This document shows, in pieces, positions 56,644 to 64,000 of a stretch of 64,000 nucleotides of DNA. Location: assembly GCF_000181795.1 (NCBI RefSeq), contig NW_003526944.1:1021204-1085203 (forward strand), in the 5' to 3' direction. This stretch comes from Trichinella spiralis (taxonomy: Eukaryota). The notes beneath the pieces are model-generated. The model saw nothing but the letters and a program-made list of their open reading frames with translations, was not told the origin of the DNA and did no database searches. The position numbers and the translations under genes were made by a program. The stretch's first letter is position 1. Every line of letters begins with the position of its first letter.

Positions 56644-57623
56644 TGTAAAGAATCTGAAACAAACAAGAATATTCATTATAACTGTAGTTTGAAACTGTAA
56701 AATGAAATAAATAAAACGCAAATTAACAAACGCTAAGAAGATTTTTTTACAAATTTCAGTTTAACACACTACACATTTTAAACTGAGATGCAGATATAGA
56801 TGGTCAAAGAGAATTGTTGATGAAAAGTCAGAGTTAAATGCAACACTATCAAACATAATCTAGATGTGAAACATAAAATCGAGTAACAAATTACCTCTTG
56901 GAAGTTCTTCTCGTTTCTCAAATTATGAAACTGTATAACAAAATTACAAAGCAGAAATTATTAAATATCGCTTCACAGAATATAAAATATATTGCAAAAA
57001 TAAATATAAATAATCAGAGAGAACAAAACGTATATATTTATGTGCAAAATTTGGTTCATAAATTATCAATGACTAGCTGATACAATTTGTACTTACTGTA
57101 ATTTTATATTCAGGTTCCAGATTTCTTAGTGAAATTACTGTAATGACAAATGTGAGTATTAAACTCCCATGCTAAATAAATTTTATTTCAGATTTAAAAG
57201 ATGAAAAACTGTTCTCCAGCAAGACTGAAAACTTATGGATAAACGATGAAAAACAGTTTAAAATGAGCAATTTAGCAAATTCACCATATCCAACCAACAT
57301 GTTTCATTAATATACAGTTAAGGGTTTATTGATTAAAACACTTTCTTGAAATTTAAATTCTTACACTAGTTTTTCCATTGTAAAAGAATCAAGTGATTTT
57401 TGTGAAAGTGAAGTGAGAGTTTCCATCTAATATTCTAAATGTCGCATTAATTTTTTGGTATCTACTTATTATTTTCTTGTTTTTACCTTAAATTCATTTT
57501 TCAATGTTATAATTTTCCAGCAGACAACTTAAATATAAATATAAATTGGACAAAACTTATTTCACATTACAGTGAATCTTTTAATAAGTGGTAAAATTTG
57601 TTCATGTTCTCCTGAAATTCATA

Positions 57624-57936
57624 TGTAGCGCCCTTTCTCTCCTTCTTATTAACGTCATCAAAATGAGTCATAGTGGGAAGAGTTAAACGTTTATTTCTCA
57701 ACAAGCACAGCACACCGACACCGATCAAAATAAACACTAACTGATCTTATTTACTCACTGCGAATTCTCACTTCCGCCTTCCTTGTCCGATCTGCTTCTA
57801 GCCAATCAGTGTTCCGCAGAGTCTCTTCCTTGTCGATAGGTGGCGCCTCGGCTTGTGGTCTATAATGATTTACCCGTAATAATAATTATGACTATTGTGT
57901 GATTTCTTTACGTCTAATTATTTGTGACAAGTTACA
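57624..57936 (-). mobile_element. Solo LTR (313 bp) with 4-bp target-site duplication CATA
   Basis: CATA(57620-57623)-TGTAGC...GTTACA-CATA(57937-57940). TG..CA ends with a near-perfect 6-bp inverted repeat; GC-richer than the flanks; minus-strand AATAAA near 57690. Confidence 0.75.
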
Positions 57937-58182
57937 CATATTTTCCATAATTGGAATATGTAGAATTAATGAAATTAATGTTTGCATTTAACAAAAAAAG
58001 TCAAGTTGCATTTTAAAGTTATCATAATTTTAAACTTTAAACACTTTAAAGTGAAAGCATAGTTTAAAGATAGTAATGTCAACGACATTTATTTTGTAGC
58101 AAGGTTTTATTGCATAGTGTTGTCGTCTCCTTAAAAACTGCAAACGAATTGGAATATCTTTTCAACGAATACAGCACTTTTG

Positions 58183-60199
58183 ATGGACAAGTTCTTAGGA
58201 ATTTTTCTTTTTACGTTTATCTTCAGTGTTTCTGCAGAAAGTAAGAAATTATAAGACCAGAAATTTCATTGCTTTGATTTATGATCATTGATAAATAAAT
58301 AATTTTTGATTAATAATAATTTATTCGATTAATATTTTAATCAATACACAACATTTTGTTAAATAACTTCACATCAATTGTTCAACTTATATTTTTATGT
58401 TATAGTCTTTTGTTCAAATTGGGTAAATTAAGTTATCTGAATGAAATGAATTTTATACAATTAATATGAATTATTTTTGTAATATTTTGTATTATGCTTT
58501 CAAAAATACAATGTATTTACATGAAGTATAATTGCATGTTTAAATTATGCAGTAAAATTATTTCAGTTTTATCGATGATTCGGTTTTTATAACTTGAAAT
58601 TTGCAGATGTTCTGTGCCCATCATTAAACGAATCGGAAATTGTACTGCTGAAACTAGACGCATTTCCGTACTGCTTGGTAAAAGTGAAAACAGATAAGAT
58701 AGAAACTGGATTTGAGCCTATTCAGAGTTTCGAAGGATACTGCAACAAAAATTATTTATCACATCTAGAATGGCAAAGAGATCTTTTTATCGACCCTTAC
58801 ATGAGTAATAGACAAAAGAATGCAACGTATTATATGGGATATAAAGCTTATGATGTAGACGTAAATTCTAGAACAATTACAGCTATATCAGATGGAATAC
58901 TTCGTGTGGACAATCTTCATTGGGATTCTCGAATGAGCAACGAAAGTTCAGTCACATTTAATGATATAATGCAAACTACGAAATATTATCAAGGGCTACC
59001 AGAGCAGCTGTGTTTAGTGGGATTATCTGAAGATTTATCGAAGAATGTAAATACACAATATGGGGTTATTTGGGAAAGATGTACTATTCGCAAAACTAAT
59101 GTATTCTATTGCAAAGCGCAACCTCTTAAAGTAGAAAATATTGATTTTGATCTTGATTCTGGTGGCTTCAAATGCCATACTGGATACGTAGGAAATTACT
59201 GTCAGATAGGTAAGCAATTTGCAATTGTTTGTTTGTTTTGGTATTTTCATTTTATTCAATAATTTCCTAATTAATCAGTTGATAATTTATGTGCAGCATT
59301 GCAAGAAATGTATAATTCAATGGACAACTTCTAAGCAAATTGAGAAGTGAAAGAATTATTTTAGAAATGAAAATTGAAATTTAAATATTATGGGTTATTT
59401 AAGGCTTTAAAATTGCTTTCAGATTTTGCTATTTTTGCCAGCTATTTGTTGATATTTATGTTTTAATTATTTTATTTATGAACTTAATTTCATTATTAAT
59501 TTTTAAATTCTAGAAGTTGATAGTTGTCTAAATAAAGGTTGCAGTGGAAATGGACAGTGTTTTGTTGGAAATGACAAGGTTTATTGCAAGTGCTTCTCTG
59601 GCAATGAAGGACCATATTGTGAAAGTAATAATAATAACAACAACAATAATAATAAATGTGTAAATTATGCTATGCTGTTTATTAATAGATTGCATAATTT
59701 TAAGGTACAGTGGATGCTTGTTCAAATGTAAACTGCAATAATCGTGGAACATGCGAAGTTAAAAACTTTTTTCCAGTGTGCAACTGTACTGATGAAATGT
59801 ATGAAGGAGCGTTCTGCGAACGGCGTAAGTTTAGCAGCCATTTATACTTACTACTGCTTGATTAAAAATGAAATAAATGCATAAATTTTTATTTGAATAT
59901 ATTTAAGCAGCCATATATGTATATATATATATCTGCAAACATTAAGTTTTGAATAAAAAATCATTAACCTAAAATTTATGATAACTTAATGTTTTTTTTC
60001 ATTTGAGAAAGAAGTGTAATTTCAAAGTTTAGTTGTGAATTTTTTTTACTTGTTCTGAATTTCAACATGTTTGACATTTAGGTGTTGATTGCATTTAAAT
60101 ATATGTCATTAATGCTTTATTTCAGGTGTTTCGAATAAACATCTTTTCGAAGAAGTTAGCATTATGAATTTTCAAAGTATGATAAATTCATTCGACTGA
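58183..60199 (+). CDS. Secreted protein with a divergent C-type-lectin-like N-terminal region and EGF-like repeats; 5 exons
   Basis: Signal exon MDKFLGIFLFTFIFSVSAE splices in phase to 58607 (..YYMG..W..C..WERC....FYCK..C..GYVGNYC). Two EGF exons follow (CLNKGCSGNGQC...CKC..G.EGPYCE; CSNVNCNNRGTC...CNC...YEGAFCE). Stop at 60197-60199. Confidence 0.75.
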
Positions 60200-61650
60200 T
60201 ATTTGATGCTTTCTGCATTTTAAAAATTAATTCACATAATTTTAATATTTATTGTTGTTCATTTATTTTATTTACGATGTTTATTAAAAATAAAATTTAT
60301 TTTAAAATGATCTTTAATTCGTACATTTTGGCTGTTGTTTTCAACTTCTGAGCGCACAATTTTACCCACTGTTCGTTAAGTTACGGGACAATAAAAATTT
60401 ATAAATGGAAAAAGTGGAACAGGATAAAATTACAAATTTTCACCAGCTGAAGTTTGTTGGAAAATTGTTCAATGCTTACAAGATTGCAGAATTACAATTT
60501 AACTGAATTCCTTCTTTGCAGTCGTGAACTGCTAACTGAAATAGCGTGAAAGAAGAAAACAAGCGACCGATTTCAAAGTGAATAAATAAATAAAATAATA
60601 AATAGTTTGGTTGTGATAAATTAAAAGATAACTGAATTGAATAAAAACAAACAGTTTGGCTTCCAATATCAACAGATGTGCATTTTCAGTCGATAATGTC
60701 AATAATAGTCATAATAGAGCAAAATCAAAAAATATTCGCACGTTCTAATCTTTGAAAAGCACGTGCCGTATTGTTTGACAAATTTATTATTAATTTTAAA
60801 ATCAATTTGCAAAATGTATTTTTTTTCTAAAAAAAATGTTTATTAACAAAACGAATTCATAAAAACGTAAAGATTTTCAAGTGCATCAATCTCAATTTTA
60901 CCGTATATTTTACTTAAATGGTATGAGCATACTGTAACTGTAGCGGCTAGTTTTTTAGTTTAGTTTAGTGTAGTTTTTTTTTCAGTTTGTCGAAAGATAA
61001 AACGGTGCATGCACGTGTTGCATGAAAAATGGATAAAAAAATCTTAAAGAGAGAAAAACCGTATCTTCATGAATTCGAAGCGAAAATCAAAGGTGGGCTG
61101 CTGCTGCTGTATTTGTATTCGAATTAATGACTAGCAATTTTTAATTGTGAATTTGTTTTCTTTTTCTTTTCGATTAGTTCACTGTAGCTGTTTGGCTCAT
61201 CAAGCCGGGGTTTTCATATCGTCATTTTAATGTATGCTTCGCTTAAGTTAGTTAGTGGTAATTTTGATTTGGCCAGTTGGGAGGAATTCGATGCGCTTGT
61301 GTTGTGTTTTTGAAAATTTTCATATTTTCAGCGGCATTTGTGATTTAGTTGCTTCGGCCAGGGGGTCAATTGTGCCTCTCTATTCAAAGCAACAACTGTT
61401 TCGTAGTGGTGTCTGGTTTTTGAACGCGATCGCTGCGAAAGCCTGTGTTCAGTTTGTATAAAAAGCAGACGCAGTATATACTTGTGTGTTCGCGTTTCAG
61501 TGCACGCGCGCGTGCGCATCTTTTTTCCCACTCATTTCAGCTTGAGATAGTTTGTTCAGCTTTTTGACTTTTCACAATTCCACAATCCGATAAGAATTGC
61601 ATGCTTTGTTTTTCTTTTGGGTGATTTATTTATTTCTTTTGCCGATTAGC

Positions 61651-63303
61651 ATGGCTCTGTGCGGTCTCACTTCCAATCGCCTTGCCTGCCTGGATCCGGA
61701 TGTCAGCTATACACAAGGTAAGCTGCATTGCACGCAGGTGTTCAATTGTTTATTTATTATTTATTCTGTTTTACAATTTTTACTATTTATTATTGCTGCA
61801 TGTTCACTTTTGCTTCTTCTTCTCCTTCTTCAGAGCTTTTCGAATAATTTGCACGGACGAAATCGTCTGATATTCGCTTTTATTATCTTTTCTTTTCGTT
61901 TCATCGTTCAGTGTTGGTTGGTTGGTTGAATCTTTTCTGCTGTTGTTGCTTTGTTCCAAGTTTTGAAAATTTCCATCTTTTTTTTTTTCAAATTTCTTGC
62001 AGTTCAGTGTTTTTCTTCTGTTTGTATTCTCTAATTTTTTTACAATGTAATTTTGACATTTCAAACGATGCTTCATCAAATTAAAATTCCAATGTTAGTG
62101 TTTGTTTTTGTGTTTGTATGTGTGAGTCATTGTGGATGTTGAAGGTTAATTTCCACTGAAGCCGTTTATTATTAGCATTATTATTCATCCCCAATCAATG
62201 TATGCTAATGTTTTTTCCTTTGTGCCAGTTGAAATGAGTTTCAACTGAAGCGTTGCTTATTTATTTGATGAATAAGCCGATATTGATTATTTTACAAAGT
62301 ATTTATTAAATAGTTCCAACGACTGCCCATCATTTTGGGCTTTATTTTTTGTTCAGTCAACTACTTTATTTCAACTATCGGCTAGATTTGTATTTGCATT
62401 TATTCGACTTTGTGAGTTTTGCAAATACAGGGCCGGAATAGTTTCGTTCATTAACTTGAAGAATGTGAGGAAGAGTATAATTTCCTTTTTAGATGTGGTG
62501 ATTGTATTGTGCTTAATAATAATAATAATATATGTAGATTGCAAGTTTTGTGTGAATGTTCTAAAAAAGAAAGCCTTAAAATATTTTTTTTTCTTGGCTA
62601 AAATATATGTCAGTGATTTGTTGAATACTTTTTTTGGAAACATATTTATAATAATGCTGTAGGGCAAAAGGAAATTGAATTTTAAAATTTTAAAACGTAA
62701 TAATATTGCACTTTGATTGCTACTTTTGAAATGGCCACTTGGCAATAAAATTGGTTAGAGAAGAAGAAGAAGAAGAAGAAGAAGTTGTCGGCAAGTGTAG
62801 CGCAATTTGGACCATTGCAACCAAATGCCACTTAATTTCATTACTCTTCTTGAATGTGTGTCTTTTTATTTTGTTGGTTTTCTATTTTTAACTTTCTTTA
62901 GAAATTCGAATGCAATTTTTGGAGCAGATGAAATGCTTGGATGGCCGCACGGAAAGCCAGCTAATGCTGTTGCTAGAATTGCAGGATTATTGTCGCAAAC
63001 GGGCTGAGATCGAAACTGATTATTCGAAAAATTTGGACAAACTGCACCGACAAATTGTTTCACGTCACAAAACAGAAAAACAAAAGTAAAAAAAATATTT
63101 TTTTTACATTTATTTATTTCAACTTTTGCAATTTTAGACGTGAAAATTGGACTCAGTTTTCCAGTTATAACATGTGGAAAATGTTCGTTGAAGACACAAA
63201 AATAGAGTCGCGCAATCGATCCGTTGTTGCAGATTTATTCAACAATCACATCGCTGTCAAAATAGCTTTTCTATCCGAACAAATGCAACGAATTACCAAA
63301 CGG
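61651..63303 (+). CDS. srgp-1: SLIT-ROBO RhoGAP (srGAP), N-terminal F-BAR exons 61651-61717, 62902-63085, 63138-63303; continues beyond the window
   Basis: EIRMQFLEQMKCLD...LLLELQDYCRKRAEIETDYSKNLDKL...HKTEKQKRENW..FS.YN.W matches the srGAP F-BAR start. Confidence 0.88.
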
Positions 63304-63521
63304 GTATGTGCTTCATTCCTCGTTTGCAGAATTTTATTTATTTATTTATTTATTTTTGGAAATATATTTTTCCGCGATGCGAATTAGCAAGATTATTTGC
63401 ATTTTTATGTTCGCATCAAAATGGTGCTAAAATTGTTTTAGAAAAATATGAAAAATTCCACAACTTTTGAATTTCTGGCATTCAACAAAATGCGATGCGA
63501 CAGTTTTCATTATCTCCACTT

Positions 63522-63549
63522 TGTGTGTGTGTGTGTGTGTGTGTGTGTG
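63522..63549. repeat. (GT)n microsatellite; others include (TA)n ~40638-40668 and (GC)n 34631-34644
   Basis: Directly visible. Confidence 0.9.
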
Positions 63550-64000
63550 ATTCATATCATCATTTTGTCCTTGAACTATTATAAAAGCAGACATTTGCAA
63601 ATATTATTTTTACCAAATCGATGATGACTGATATATTTGGAAAAAGTAGAAATACAAACAGTTGAAGTGAGAGGAGAAAAAGAGCGACAGTAAACAATGA
63701 ATTTTACCGATTTTCAAGATTGAATCATCTATAAAGTACACAAATTTGCAAATTATTCGGAACAGTTGTATTTATAGTTCGGCTTAAAAAGATAACGATT
63801 GATTAGATATTTTTTCATTTCCGTGCAGTTCAGTAGTGCTTTAGGGCTGTGTAAAGTTTATTTTCACGAGCGATGTGCATTTTTTCAGGTTTATTGGCAT
63901 CATTTACGCTAAAGTGGTATAATTTGTTAATTATTTTATTTATCTTTAAGCATTTGCAAAACAATTTCAATTCACTCAAGTCAAATGGAATAATTGTTTT

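Overview
AT-rich eukaryotic DNA with many 50-100 nt GT-AG introns, microsatellites and three 10-N scaffold gaps. Gene content and architecture (NLF-1, MOLO-1-like, tight co-oriented genes, retained Smoothened and AEBP2) point to a clade I nematode, probably Trichinella; this is an inference. All identifications come from manual translation and splicing compared with remembered family sequences; no searches were run. Left to right: an unidentified ORF end; an intron-containing CYLD pseudogene; a minus-strand run AEBP2/jing > Smoothened > NDUFV2 > CUL4 > LRRC57 (partly operon-like); NLF-1/FAM155; a CUB-CUB-LDLa-trypsin protease; a Cys-rich secreted protein; a MOLO-1-like TPM protein; MPDU1 > TIMM29 (operon-like); a solo LTR with a 4-bp TSD; a secreted lectin-like/EGF protein; the 5' part of srGAP. 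The three tandem duplications all straddle N gaps and look like assembly artefacts. The most notable item is a full-length but divergent Smoothened with changes at the class F activation switch and the sterol pocket. I found no entirely new biological system that I can support.
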